Under the pieces are notes generated by a model. That model did no database searches and was not told the origin of the DNA. It saw only the letters and a program-made list of their open reading frames with translations. Made by a program: the position numbers and the translations under genes. Below are positions 49,286-59,890 of a stretch of 64,000 bases of DNA, piece after piece. How positions within the stretch are numbered: position 1 is the stretch's first letter; every line of letters begins with the position of its first letter. This stretch comes from Promethearchaeia archaeon (lineage in GTDB: Archaea > Asgardarchaeota > Lokiarchaeia > Sigyniarchaeales > SOKP01): assembly GCA_029856155.1 (NCBI GenBank), contig JAHQWL010000055.1, positions 64,001 through 128,000 of the forward strand. Direction: 5' to 3'.

Positions 49286-50650
49286 ATGAAAGAAATAGAT
49301 TTATTCGATAAGATTTATGGAGCTTGGACTGGAAAAGTTGCGGGAGGTACATTTGGGATGCCAGTTGAGGGAAGATCTCGCGTTGTCATTACTAACATGC
49401 ACCCTCCTTTAGACGGATGGAGCAAGCATCATAAACAAGGTATAAATGATGATGAACAATATGAATTAATAACTATATTAGCATTAGAAGAATTAAGTGA
49501 TGATGAATTTGCGAATAAGTTTAAAGCGGGAACAATTTTGGAACCAGACTATCTTGGATCATATTGGTTGAAGTATTTACTCCCTCAGTATGTATTTACA
49601 GCAGAAAAAGCAGCGTATGATAACGCAAAAGATGGTGTCCCTTGGGAACATGCAGGTGATTACGTTTATGAGCATAAAGGTAAAGTCTATGGAAATGAGT
49701 ATGCTGATTGGATTGGAGCACAAATGAAGGGAGAATTATATGGAATGTTACTCCCTGCATGGGGTTGGTATGAAGATTCCAAAAATGATCTAGAATTATT
49801 AAAACCATGCTTAGATTTATCACTTCAAGATGCAATAATTGCTCATAGAGAGGTAGGAATTGTAGGGGAATTATTCATCTCAGCCATTATTGCAGTAGCA
49901 ATAGCACATAACCCATTTGAATATAAGGAAGAGATAAACTTCCCAAAGTCAGCAGTTCATAGATGGGATAAGGAAGAAGACGAGATTTCTGAAGGATTTA
50001 AGCAACAAGTTGACCAGGCGGGGATTTGTTCTGAAACTATAATCAGTGATATTAAACGCATTAAATCAGTCTTGCTAGAATATGCTTCTTTAAAAGATTC
50101 GATATCAACTGAAGACGTAGAAGTATATTATAGCTTTATTGATCCTATAATCGATACCTACCTCGATAATCCAGATTCAAGAGAGTGGGAAACCAATTTT
50201 TATGCTAAAACTAAAAAAGATTGGCAAAAAACTTTGGATGGTTTATGGTGGCTATTTGAAAGAAAAATGGTAAAAGATGCAATTTCCAGATTTAAAGATT
50301 TTCCAAGCATGCTCGAACGACGATTAAATTCCTTTAGTAAAAGTAAAGCTGTTCATACATTATTCAATAATGGTGCAATTATTGTCGGTTTATTATATGG
50401 GGATGGAGATTTCATTCAGACGGTGCGTATTAGTACCTTATGTGGAGCTGATACCGATTGCAATGCTGGCAACGCAGGAGCAATCATTGGTGCTTATTTA
50501 GGTCAGAAATTAATTCCATCATATGCGAAGCGTTTCATTCGCGGAGAAATAATACCTGGTCTTAAGGAATGGAAAGATAAATCAATATACAACCTTGCAG
50601 AGAGAACACTAACTCAAGCAGAACGTTTCAAGAGGTTTATGTCCCTTTAA
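49286..50650 (+). CDS. ADP-ribosylglycohydrolase-family protein
   Basis: KIYGAWTGKVAGGTFGMPVEG, NDDEQY, FTAE, WIGAQM, GADTDCNAGNAGAIIG. Confidence 0.85.
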   Translation: MKEIDLFDKIYGAWTGKVAGGTFGMPVEGRSRVVITNMHPPLDGWSKHHKQGINDDEQYELITILALEELSDDEFANKFKAGTILEPDYLGSYWLKYLLPQYVFTAEKAAYDNAKDGVPWEHAGDYVYEHKGKVYGNEYADWIGAQMKGELYGMLLPAWGWYEDSKNDLELLKPCLDLSLQDAIIAHREVGIVGELFISAIIAVAIAHNPFEYKEEINFPKSAVHRWDKEEDEISEGFKQQVDQAGICSETIISDIKRIKSVLLEYASLKDSISTEDVEVYYSFIDPIIDTYLDNPDSREWETNFYAKTKKDWQKTLDGLWWLFERKMVKDAISRFKDFPSMLERRLNSFSKSKAVHTLFNNGAIIVGLLYGDGDFIQTVRISTLCGADTDCNAGNAGAIIGAYLGQKLIPSYAKRFIRGEIIPGLKEWKDKSIYNLAERTLTQAERFKRFMSL

Positions 50651-50702
50651 CATTCCGTAAATATTTATTTTCTAAATTCCTATAACTTTAAGAGAGAATA
50701 AT

Positions 50703-51695
50703 ATGTTGAAAAAAGACTGGCAATTGCATCACGTTTGTCTCGTTGTTAGGAACTGGAATAACGCTTTGGATTATTATCAAAGTACAAGAATGGGGTTAAG
50801 TGTAGGTCCTCAAGCAATGTACATGGATTATCGGCATGGCGGACCCGCCGATATCTACGCTAATGATAAAGTTCCAAGGGTAAGTGGTGGTTCTGGACCA
50901 GGAAAACCTCTGAAAGTGGAATCAAAACAAGGAAGAAGAGAAAATAACTATAAGTTTATGGATAAAGACTGCCTAGTTGGGGATCTACTCCTTGAAATTG
51001 GGGAAAATCAAGGTATTCCATTAGAGGGAATTACCCACGTATGTTTCAATGTCCCAGATATCTACGCAGAAACGGATAAACTGCTGAAAAAAGGCTGCGA
51101 TCTCATGTGGAGTATTACTCAGGGTGATAATCTTTTGGAAAATCACATCGACACTCGTAAGTATGGTAACGTGGATATATCATTCAGACCTCCTGTACTC
51201 AAGCTTGAAAGAGCATGGTTAGATCATCATCTTTCGTATCCTTATCTAAAGGATTGGAAATTCCATGGAATTGGTATTGGAGTTCGGGATCTTGATAAAG
51301 CAGTTGAATACTACGAGATGCTGGATATTATCGATTTTCAAAACGAAACTGATCTTGATGGCAATTCACTTGACTCAATTAACGTATCAAGCGAAACTAT
51401 AGATTTAAATTTCAAGACGAGAGCCATTGTTGGTAAAATTGGTCCAATGGCTTTTGAGTTTATTCAACCTCTTGAAGGAAATTCTGTCTATCAAGAATCC
51501 CTTGACAGTAGAGGTGAAGGTGTTGCCGATCTTGCCTTTACAGTAGAGGATCTCGAGAAAGAAGCCGCAACCATGATATATAGGGGCATCCCCGTAGTAC
51601 TCAGCGGTAAACCTAAGAATGGTCCTGCCTTTGCTCGCTTTGATACTCGTAAAAATAGCGGTAATATCATGATAAGACTGATCCAAAGAGAATAA
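50703..51695 (+). CDS. VOC/glyoxalase-superfamily protein (methylmalonyl-CoA epimerase-like, two modules)
   Basis: HHVCLVVR...EGITHVCFNV, and a second module HGIGIGVRDLDKA...EFIQP...RGEGVADLAFTVEDLE. Confidence 0.8.
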   Translation: MLKKDWQLHHVCLVVRNWNNALDYYQSTRMGLSVGPQAMYMDYRHGGPADIYANDKVPRVSGGSGPGKPLKVESKQGRRENNYKFMDKDCLVGDLLLEIGENQGIPLEGITHVCFNVPDIYAETDKLLKKGCDLMWSITQGDNLLENHIDTRKYGNVDISFRPPVLKLERAWLDHHLSYPYLKDWKFHGIGIGVRDLDKAVEYYEMLDIIDFQNETDLDGNSLDSINVSSETIDLNFKTRAIVGKIGPMAFEFIQPLEGNSVYQESLDSRGEGVADLAFTVEDLEKEAATMIYRGIPVVLSGKPKNGPAFARFDTRKNSGNIMIRLIQRE

Positions 51696-51702
51696 TAGAA
51701 AA

Positions 51703-52416
51703 ATGGATACTGAAAAAATATGGAAAGAAGGTGAATGGACAATTGAAGCACGTCAGATAATTGATGGGCTTAAAGAGTTCCCTGACAATTCAAAAATAAT
51801 CCTAATTTTAAGACATTCCCATCGAAATGAACCGACAGCATTAGAAAAAGCTCAAAAATTAAGATTAACACCCCAAGGTCATACAATTGCTAAGAAGTTC
51901 GGCGAGAATTTACCTATTAATAGACCTATCAACATTTTCCACAGCATTATATGGCGATGCAAAGAAACGGCTCAAAATATTCATGAGGGATTTAAAAATA
52001 TTGGCGGAACAAGTGAAATAAAGGGAGTACTTACAGCTCTCGCTGATGTTGGAATTACTAATAGGGAGTTTTTTTTGAATGAATTTAATAATTTTCCTGT
52101 ACTTGACACCTTTTATCGATGGGTGGTTGGTCATTATGATCTTATTTATTGGAAACCGTTCATCGAGTATTGTCAATCAACTGCTCTCACTATTCTGGAC
52201 CAAGTTAAAACCTCTCCTGAAAATGGGTTGAATATTTTTGTAACTCATGACTTTAATGTAATGGCTCTTAGATTTGGATGGTTTGCGCTTCTACCAGACA
52301 AATGGGTGAAATTTCTAGGTGGATTTGCATTCACGATAGAAGAGGATCAAATCTTGCTTTTAGATTATGGCGAATTAAAACCAGTACCAATTCCATATTG
52401 GTGGAAAAAATCATGA
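51703..52416 (+). CDS. Histidine phosphatase superfamily protein
   Basis: LRHS, LTPQG, RCKETA, VTHD. Confidence 0.85.
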   Translation: MDTEKIWKEGEWTIEARQIIDGLKEFPDNSKIILILRHSHRNEPTALEKAQKLRLTPQGHTIAKKFGENLPINRPINIFHSIIWRCKETAQNIHEGFKNIGGTSEIKGVLTALADVGITNREFFLNEFNNFPVLDTFYRWVVGHYDLIYWKPFIEYCQSTALTILDQVKTSPENGLNIFVTHDFNVMALRFGWFALLPDKWVKFLGGFAFTIEEDQILLLDYGELKPVPIPYWWKKS

Positions 52417-52555
52417 AAGCTCCAAATTGAAAAAGAAATTAAACTTTTGATAAAAATGCTGCATGAAATTTTTCTGCTAATTCATTCCGAGACCGCAATT
52501 GATAAAAGAAAAACTTAATATATAAATCTAAAAAAAAATTTAAATTTAGATTTTT

Positions 52556-55105
52556 CTAATTACCAATCTCAATATCACGACGCTGCATTTCTAAAAGGCG
52601 CTTATATTTACCGTTTGATGCTAAAAGTTCGTCATGATTCCCTTGTTCTATTATTCCTTTCTTATCAGCACTCAATACAATAATATGATCAGCATTTTTA
52701 ATTGTAGAAAGCCTATGAGCTATTATAATTGTAGTTCTGCCTTTTCTTGCCTTATTCAGAGCATCCTGGATCAAAGTTTCAGTGTAGGGATCAACAGAAG
52801 AAGTCGCCTCGTCTAATATTAAGATTTTTGGGTCAGTAATCATAGCTCTAGCAAATGCTATTAATTGACGTTGACCAATTGATATATTAGATGCGTTTTC
52901 TTTAAGTTTAGTATCATATTTCTTATGTAATGCTTCAATAAAATTATGTAATCCAAGAAATTTCGAGACTTCAATCATTTTCTTCTCTTTTTCGTGTGAT
53001 GGATTATCATAGGCATATAGTAAGTTTTCTTTAATCGTCCCAGTAAAGAGAAATGCATCTTGAGGCACTAAACCAATCAAGTCTCTTAGATCCTTCTTGG
53101 TAATTTCACGAATATTAATACCGTCAAGTTTAATATTCCCTTTATTAACGTCATAAAACCGAGAAATCAATTTTACTAGTGTGGTTTTCCCTGCTCCAGT
53201 TTCTCCAACAATAGCTATCGTCTTTCCTTTCTCAATTTCTAAATCCACATTTCTCAATACATAACCTTTATTTTGTTCATGGCTAATTGATATTTTTTCT
53301 TCCTCGATAGCAGTTTGTACAACTTTATGGATTTGATTATAGACATCTTCAGGAATTTCTGTACTTGCTAGCATCCTAATCATTGATTTAGGCGACATTT
53401 GAGGCATCCATCCCATCATTCCCGAGCTTTCAGCCTGCATTCCACTGTCAGAAGACTGCTGAATAATAGCTTTATTCCTTAGACTCCTTTCCAGAAACTT
53501 AGACATTTGTAAGATTGCATCATGAGGAATAATAGATAAAGACCTAATAGTTGAGTCTTTTTCTTTACTAAAGGAATTAATATACTCTGGATGTTCATTT
53601 GAAATTTCGGTATTTGGTACTGCATATCCGAACTCTGCTAATGTTTTATCAATCATTTTAGGAATTTCTGCTGAGTCCCTACCCTTAATATTCATAAATA
53701 ATTTCATTCTAATATTTTGGGGCATATTCATCCCATTCTTCACCATAAAGGAAGAATAAGGTTCAGGAAGGGATTTAAAGAACTCGATTAATTTTTTAAA
53801 CATAGGATTATTTTGCATATCTTGGGGATTCATTCCTGTTCGGTGCCCCATTTTGGGAGTTATTTTTTTTGCTTCTGGTGAGTTTGATAATACTTTTTCT
53901 CCTCCAAGTTTAATTAAGTCATTCTCCTCCATTATATATCCAAAACTAATATCTTCAAATTGAATCTTACCTTGAAAATTTTCAATTTTTTTTGGGTTAT
54001 CTACATCAGGTATCTCCACCTTCTCTTTCAACAAAGTATATATTCTGTCACTAGCTGCTAAAGATGAGGCTATAATTTCTTGTATTCCCATTAACATCTT
54101 GAATGGTTGGAAAAATTGACCTAAAATTGTTATATACGCACTTAGAACTCCAACGGTCACAGAAATCCCAAAAATAGAAATATTACCCAAATAAGCAAAT
54201 CCCGCTGCCAATAATACTCCTGCAGTGAGAATTGTTGTTACTAATGAAATTAATGGGAAAATTGTCGCCATAAACTTTCTTATTTTTAAAATAGCATTAT
54301 AATTAGCAGTATTTACTCTGTCAAACTCTGCTGAAGCCTTCCTTTCTTGGCCATAAGCCTGAATTACCTTTGCTCCTGCTACATTCTCTTGAATTGAGGA
54401 GGTAACACCTCCAATTGTTCTTCGAGACTCTTTAAATAGCTTTATTGCTACTCTTTTAAATAAATATGTGAAAGTGTAGAAGATTGGAAATATAATCATT
54501 GAAATTAGAGCTAAATAAATATTTAATATATACATTATTGCAATAGTAAGACCTACACTAACTAAACTATTAATAATTTGTACAAATTGGCCTCCTACTA
54601 GTTGATTAAGCAAAGTTACATCATTTGTTGTAACAGAAATTATATCACCAGATGCCCTTTTATCAAAATAACTTAAAGACGTATCCTGTAATTTGAAGAA
54701 GAGGTCATTTCTTATGTCATATGTGACTCTTTGGGAGATTTTACCCATTCCAAACTGTGAATAGTAAGTAATTGATGCCATTATTAAGAGTAAAGCAAAA
54801 TAAAATGAACTCATGTTAATTATATATCGAGAATTTCCTCCAACTATACCTATATCAATAATACTTGCAGCGATTAATGGAGTTATTGAAGTAATCATGG
54901 TTCCAACTAATAACAATATAAAGAAAATTACAAATTTTAATCTAAATTGTTTGATGTAAGAAAAAAGCCATTTCCAAAGCTCATTTCTTGGATGCGCTAG
55001 TTTAGTTTTTTCTGTATCCAATAAAAATCGAGGTTTTGCACTTGCACTTGGTTGGATTATCTCTTGTTCTTCTTTTTTATGATTATTATTATGATTATTA
55101 TTCAA
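52556..55105 (-). CDS. ABC exporter half-transporter (TMD+NBD) with a ~222-aa insertion in the NBD
   Basis: Six-TM domain, GETGAGKT, ISIGQRQ, LDEATS, AHRLST; insertion at 53270..53935. Confidence 0.9.
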   Translation of the reverse strand: MNNNHNNNHKKEEQEIIQPSASAKPRFLLDTEKTKLAHPRNELWKWLFSYIKQFRLKFVIFFILLLVGTMITSITPLIAASIIDIGIVGGNSRYIINMSSFYFALLLIMASITYYSQFGMGKISQRVTYDIRNDLFFKLQDTSLSYFDKRASGDIISVTTNDVTLLNQLVGGQFVQIINSLVSVGLTIAIMYILNIYLALISMIIFPIFYTFTYLFKRVAIKLFKESRRTIGGVTSSIQENVAGAKVIQAYGQERKASAEFDRVNTANYNAILKIRKFMATIFPLISLVTTILTAGVLLAAGFAYLGNISIFGISVTVGVLSAYITILGQFFQPFKMLMGIQEIIASSLAASDRIYTLLKEKVEIPDVDNPKKIENFQGKIQFEDISFGYIMEENDLIKLGGEKVLSNSPEAKKITPKMGHRTGMNPQDMQNNPMFKKLIEFFKSLPEPYSSFMVKNGMNMPQNIRMKLFMNIKGRDSAEIPKMIDKTLAEFGYAVPNTEISNEHPEYINSFSKEKDSTIRSLSIIPHDAILQMSKFLERSLRNKAIIQQSSDSGMQAESSGMMGWMPQMSPKSMIRMLASTEIPEDVYNQIHKVVQTAIEEEKISISHEQNKGYVLRNVDLEIEKGKTIAIVGETGAGKTTLVKLISRFYDVNKGNIKLDGINIREITKKDLRDLIGLVPQDAFLFTGTIKENLLYAYDNPSHEKEKKMIEVSKFLGLHNFIEALHKKYDTKLKENASNISIGQRQLIAFARAMITDPKILILDEATSSVDPYTETLIQDALNKARKGRTTIIIAHRLSTIKNADHIIVLSADKKGIIEQGNHDELLASNGKYKRLLEMQRRDIEIGN

Positions 55106-55117
55106 CTTTTAAACCTC

Positions 55118-56851
55118 CTAGGTTGAAATTTTAGATTTTTGTTTTTGTAATAAAGTTTCAAATATCTGTTTATACAAAGCATTTGATTCTATCAAGTCAT
55201 CATGAATCCCATAGCCCACTACTCTTCCGTGGTCGAGTATTAGAATTAGATCAGCATTGCGAATTGTAGAAATGCGTTGTGTTATTATAATTGTAGTAGT
55301 ATCTCTCATAACCTTTGTGAGGGCCTCTTGAATCCTGTATTCAGTCTCTACATCAACTGAACTTGTTGAATCATCGAAAATTAATATTTTAGGCTTTATA
55401 ATAAGAGCTCTTGCGATAGAAAGTCTTTGTTTTTGACCTCCTGAAAGTCTTGTACCCCTTTCTCCTACAATTGAATCATAACCGTTGGGTAAGGATATTA
55501 TAAAATCATGCAAATTTGCGATTTTCGCTGCATTTATTATCTCATCTTTGGTTGCATCTTCTTTACCATAAGCAATATTATCAGCAATACTTTTATTAAA
55601 CAAATAAGTTTCTTGTGAAACAATGCCGATATTTCGGCGTAAATCTTTTAGTAAATAATTTTTAATATCTTTATCATCAATTTTTATACTACCTTCATTT
55701 ACTTCATAAAATCGAGGTATTAAGTTAATAATTGTTGATTTACCGGATCCAGTTGTACCAAGTATAGCCATAGTTTTCCCAACAGGCACTTTAAAAGATA
55801 CATCTTTTAGGATTCGATTATCAGGAATATATCCAAAAGTCACATTTTCAAATTCAACCTCACCCTTAAATAATTCTATTGGAATAGCATCAGGTAAATC
55901 ATTAATCTCTGGAGATGAATCGAGAACCTCTCTAACTCTAGTCAATGCAGCATCAGCTTGTATATAAATAAGCATAATATTACCCAAAATCATCAATGGG
56001 AATCCGAGTGAAGCTATATAGGAATTTAAGGTTACTAAAGTCTGGAGATCCATTCTTCCCTCTATTACCCATATTCCCCCTAAGAAGAAAGTAATAATAA
56101 CCATGAATCCAATAATAACGTAGATTAAAGGCATATATAATGAATGATACCTAACTGATTCTACACTTGCATTATAAAACCGCCTATTATCTTTCAGAAA
56201 TTTTTGACGTTCTTTCTTTTGGGTATTAAACATTCGAACCACTTCAGCTCCAACTATATTTTCTCTAATAGTGTTCGTTAATTTTCCAAAACTTTCCCGA
56301 GTCTCAATGAAAATCGGTTTCAATTTCTTGGCTACATAATAAGATAAGCTAATTGATATTGTAAAAGCTGTTACTAAAAGGAAAGATAATTCAAGACTGA
56401 AAATTATAAATCCAACTGTAATTCCAATTAATTGTAATATTGATTGTATACCAAGTGCTAATCCAAAACCAAAAATTTGCTGCGTTTCCTCAATATCACT
56501 TGTTGCTCGGGATATTAATTGTCCAGTTTCAGTCTTATCAAAGTAAGAAAAAGACTGACGGTATATAGCATTACTAATATCATTTCTTAAATGATATATT
56601 GCTTTCGAAGAAACTTCAGCACCTCTAAGTCGAGATGCTCTATTCGTAAGATATGCCAAACCAGCAAGTATTATTATAGATAAGAAATCCATTATTAATT
56701 TTCTTGCATCGGTTAATCCTCCTACTAATCTTCCAATAAATATTGGGGTAGTGGTTGAAAGAATTGTAGACAATGTTAGTAGTATAAATTGAATTATAAA
56801 ATCCTTTCGAGATTTCAACCAATATTTTAATATCATTCGTGCTGAATTCAT
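55118..56851 (-). CDS. ABC exporter half-transporter, heterodimer partner with degenerate Walker B
   Basis: GTTGSGKS, LSGGQKQR, FDDSTS (catalytic E to D), TQR (H-loop H to Q); the pattern of TM287/288-type heterodimers. Confidence 0.92.
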   Translation of the reverse strand: MNSARMILKYWLKSRKDFIIQFILLTLSTILSTTTPIFIGRLVGGLTDARKLIMDFLSIIILAGLAYLTNRASRLRGAEVSSKAIYHLRNDISNAIYRQSFSYFDKTETGQLISRATSDIEETQQIFGFGLALGIQSILQLIGITVGFIIFSLELSFLLVTAFTISISLSYYVAKKLKPIFIETRESFGKLTNTIRENIVGAEVVRMFNTQKKERQKFLKDNRRFYNASVESVRYHSLYMPLIYVIIGFMVIITFFLGGIWVIEGRMDLQTLVTLNSYIASLGFPLMILGNIMLIYIQADAALTRVREVLDSSPEINDLPDAIPIELFKGEVEFENVTFGYIPDNRILKDVSFKVPVGKTMAILGTTGSGKSTIINLIPRFYEVNEGSIKIDDKDIKNYLLKDLRRNIGIVSQETYLFNKSIADNIAYGKEDATKDEIINAAKIANLHDFIISLPNGYDSIVGERGTRLSGGQKQRLSIARALIIKPKILIFDDSTSSVDVETEYRIQEALTKVMRDTTTIIITQRISTIRNADLILILDHGRVVGYGIHDDLIESNALYKQIFETLLQKQKSKIST

Positions 56852-56866
56852 ATTTAATTCTCCTAG

Positions 56867-56947
56867 TTACTCTTTGCTACAGAAATTCATTGAGTTTAAA
56901 TCATCATGGATGACAAACCTCTGAATGTCGTAAATAAATCCTTTCAT
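56867..56947 (-). pseudogene. 5' relic of a glycyl-radical activating enzyme gene
   Basis: MKGFIYDIQRFVIHD, then unrelated sequence. The reverse complement of 56902..56956 is 50/55 identical to 38461..38515. Confidence 0.8.
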
Positions 56948-57051
56948 TTCTCAATATCTATGTTCTGTACATATGTGGATAAAATCTTGAATTTCTTTAT
57001 TTAAATAAACAAAACGTTTAAATGTTAAGTGTTAAGTTGATTTTTAAGTTT

Positions 57052-57366
57052 TTAATGATTTTTGGGATGTAAAAACTTCAACCAATAAGATCCAAGATAG
57101 TTTGGTTCCAAAATTGTCCCGGCTTTTAACCTATTAGCAAAATCATCATCACTTAATGCTTCTAATGCTAATAAAGATATCAATTCATATTGTTCATCAT
57201 CATTTACAACTTGTCTATGATGCTTGCTCCATCCGCTTAAAGAAGGGTGCATATTAGTAATGACTTCGCGACGTTTTCCTTCGACAGGCATCCCAAATGT
57301 GCCTCCTGCAATTTTTCCTGTCCAGCTACCCCAAATTTTTTGGAGCAAAAAATTTTTATCAACCAT
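57052..57366 (-). pseudogene. Truncated ADP-ribosylglycohydrolase paralog (N-terminal ~100 aa only)
   Basis: Closely matches aa 1-100 of 49286..50650, then stops; the DTDCN motif is missing. Confidence 0.85.
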
Positions 57367-57503
57367 AATCTATCCTAATTTTTTCTTTAATGCTTAATTT
57401 AAAAAACATAGTAAAGTCTTAAATTTATATTAAATTTTATAAATAGACATATTATATTAGGATTAATATTTATTTAATTTTTTGGAAAACAGTAGAATTC
57501 AAC

Positions 57504-59696
57504 ATGAGCATAAATACCATACCTGATAAAATCCCTAAAAAATTCTTGATGAGATTAAAAAGAGGAAAGTATGATGATACTATTCTTTTTGCTCTAGCGG
57601 TTTTTGGACCTCATAAAATTAAAGAACTCGTTAATGATGTAAGTGACTCTATTTCTGATAGGATGGATATGGAGTTATTTTATGAATGGGCAGACAAATT
57701 AAAGACTAATGGATTCATTGAAGATTATAAAAAAGATGATGACATCTATTTTAAAGCAACAGAGAAGGGTAAGGATGAATTATTATCGAGAGTAGAAAAC
57801 ACTTTTATGATACGGTATTTAAAAACGTTTTTTTCGCAGTGGCTAGGACCAATTGAACCTGAAAAAGAAAATAAATCAAAATCACCGGATGTCTTAAAAT
57901 ATAGGGATATTATATTTGGTCTCTTATCTGTTTACTGGAGATTATGTGATTTCTTCATTACTATAATAAGAGGTGCAAAGATAGGACCAGATGAAGATAT
58001 CTCACTTGGTACAAGTCTAGAATATAATGCAGAACAATATTCTGGTAATCCTGCTATTTATTATGAAGATGTTATGTATACATATAAAGAATTCAACGAA
58101 TTAATTAATCAATACGCTAATTATCTTCTTTCTTTAGGTGTAATTAAAGGAGAAGTAATTAATATATTCGTGGAAAACAGACCTGAATTGTTATTTTTAA
58201 TTGGAGCAATGTCAAAAATTGGTACTATAGGAGCATTAATTAATACAAGACAAAGATCGTCAACACTTCTGCAAAGCTTAAAACTAAATCCAGTAAAAAT
58301 CTATATTATTGGAGAGGAACTTATTGAACCTTTTGAAGAAATAAAATCAGATTTGGGCTTAACTGGGAAGGAAAAACTCTTTTTTTTGAAGGATAAGGGG
58401 AAAATTGATATACCAGAAGATTTTGTTGATCTTAAAAAAGAGATTGAGGAAGAAAGTAAAGAAAATCCATCAACTAAAACAAAAATAAAGGGAAAAGATA
58501 CCTATATTTATATTTTTACTTCTGGAACAACAGGACTTCCAAAAGCAGCACATATTCGGAACATGTATACGGCAAGCTCAATAAATACCTGGGGTAAAGC
58601 AGTATTACATATGACACCTGATGACATTATGTATATATCTCTTCCCTTGTTTCATAGTAACGCGCTCCATATTGGATGGTCAGCCGCTATTAGAGGTGGA
58701 TCAGCAATAGCTATTGCTCGAAGATTTAGTGTTCGAAATTTCTGGGAAGATATAAAAAAATTTAATACTACATGTTTTAATTATATCGGAGAAATCTGTC
58801 GCTATCTTTTTAATCAACCACCAAGTCCGGAGGATCGAAAACATAGAGTTTACAAGATTTGTGGGAATGGTCTTAGAGCTGAAATATGGAAAGAATTCAA
58901 AGAACGATTTGGTATAAGAGAAGTCTATGAACACTATGGAATGACTGAAATGTGGGGAATGTTTTGTAACTATCTTAATTTAGATTGTACTATTGGATAT
59001 AACGCTGCTCCATATGCTATTGTAAAGTATAACATTGAAAATAATGAACCTGAAAGAGATAAAAATGGTTTTTTACAAAGAGTTGAAGAGGGTCAAGCAG
59101 GACTATTGATTATACAAGCAGTGTCTGAATACATTTTTGCTGGTTATACGGATACAATAGCATCCAAGAAAAAATTATTATATGATGTATTTGAAAAGGG
59201 TGATGTTTGGATGAATGCAGGTGATATAGTACGGAATATTGGATATAAACATGCTCAATTTGTTGATAGACTTGGTGATACATTTCGATGGAAAGGAGAG
59301 AATGTATCTACCACAGAAGTTGAGGAAGTAATCTCTTCTTTTGAATCAATTGACCACATTTCTGTGTATGGAGTTGAAATTCCAGGAACTGAAGGACGAG
59401 CAGGGATGGCATCAATACTAACAACTGTTAAACATGAAAAATTCGACTTTAATCCTTTTTTAAGAACAATGGAGAGTAATTTACCTAAATATGCTATCCC
59501 AATATTCATTCGATTCTTGTCTGAATTATCAACAACAAGCACATACAAAATCCAGAAATTTGACAAGAAGAAAATTGGTTTTGATATAAATAAAACCAGT
59601 GACCCTGTTTATGTATTATTGCCAGAAAGTCCAAATTATACACTTTTAACTCCTGAAATTTATGAAAGAATTCTACAAATAAAATATAGATTTTAA
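57504..59696 (+). CDS. FATP/FadD6-type long-chain acyl-CoA synthetase with N-terminal winged-helix domain (copy 2)
   Basis: YIFTSGTTGLPKAA and DRLGDTFRWKGENVST; colinear with 13326..15527 including the N-terminal domain. Confidence 0.92.
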   Translation: MSINTIPDKIPKKFLMRLKRGKYDDTILFALAVFGPHKIKELVNDVSDSISDRMDMELFYEWADKLKTNGFIEDYKKDDDIYFKATEKGKDELLSRVENTFMIRYLKTFFSQWLGPIEPEKENKSKSPDVLKYRDIIFGLLSVYWRLCDFFITIIRGAKIGPDEDISLGTSLEYNAEQYSGNPAIYYEDVMYTYKEFNELINQYANYLLSLGVIKGEVINIFVENRPELLFLIGAMSKIGTIGALINTRQRSSTLLQSLKLNPVKIYIIGEELIEPFEEIKSDLGLTGKEKLFFLKDKGKIDIPEDFVDLKKEIEEESKENPSTKTKIKGKDTYIYIFTSGTTGLPKAAHIRNMYTASSINTWGKAVLHMTPDDIMYISLPLFHSNALHIGWSAAIRGGSAIAIARRFSVRNFWEDIKKFNTTCFNYIGEICRYLFNQPPSPEDRKHRVYKICGNGLRAEIWKEFKERFGIREVYEHYGMTEMWGMFCNYLNLDCTIGYNAAPYAIVKYNIENNEPERDKNGFLQRVEEGQAGLLIIQAVSEYIFAGYTDTIASKKKLLYDVFEKGDVWMNAGDIVRNIGYKHAQFVDRLGDTFRWKGENVSTTEVEEVISSFESIDHISVYGVEIPGTEGRAGMASILTTVKHEKFDFNPFLRTMESNLPKYAIPIFIRFLSELSTTSTYKIQKFDKKKIGFDINKTSDPVYVLLPESPNYTLLTPEIYERILQIKYRF

Positions 59697-59890
59697 AAAA
59701 GGAAATTACACACACAATCACAGCCCCAATCTTTCCTCAAAACTATCACGAGAACTATATGCCTTCGATTCAATTATGCGATGAATAAAGGATGTTCAGC
59801 TAGAATCGTTATAGTTTATACTATAGTTTTATGATGTTGGGAATGTGTATTCCGAAAGTTTGCGAGATTAGAAATTTTTATTAATTCCTG

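Noticed and set aside
53270-53935. Intein in the ABC NBD
   Set aside because: No N-terminal Cys/Ser splice block, no terminal His-Asn followed by C/S/T, and no LAGLIDADG motifs
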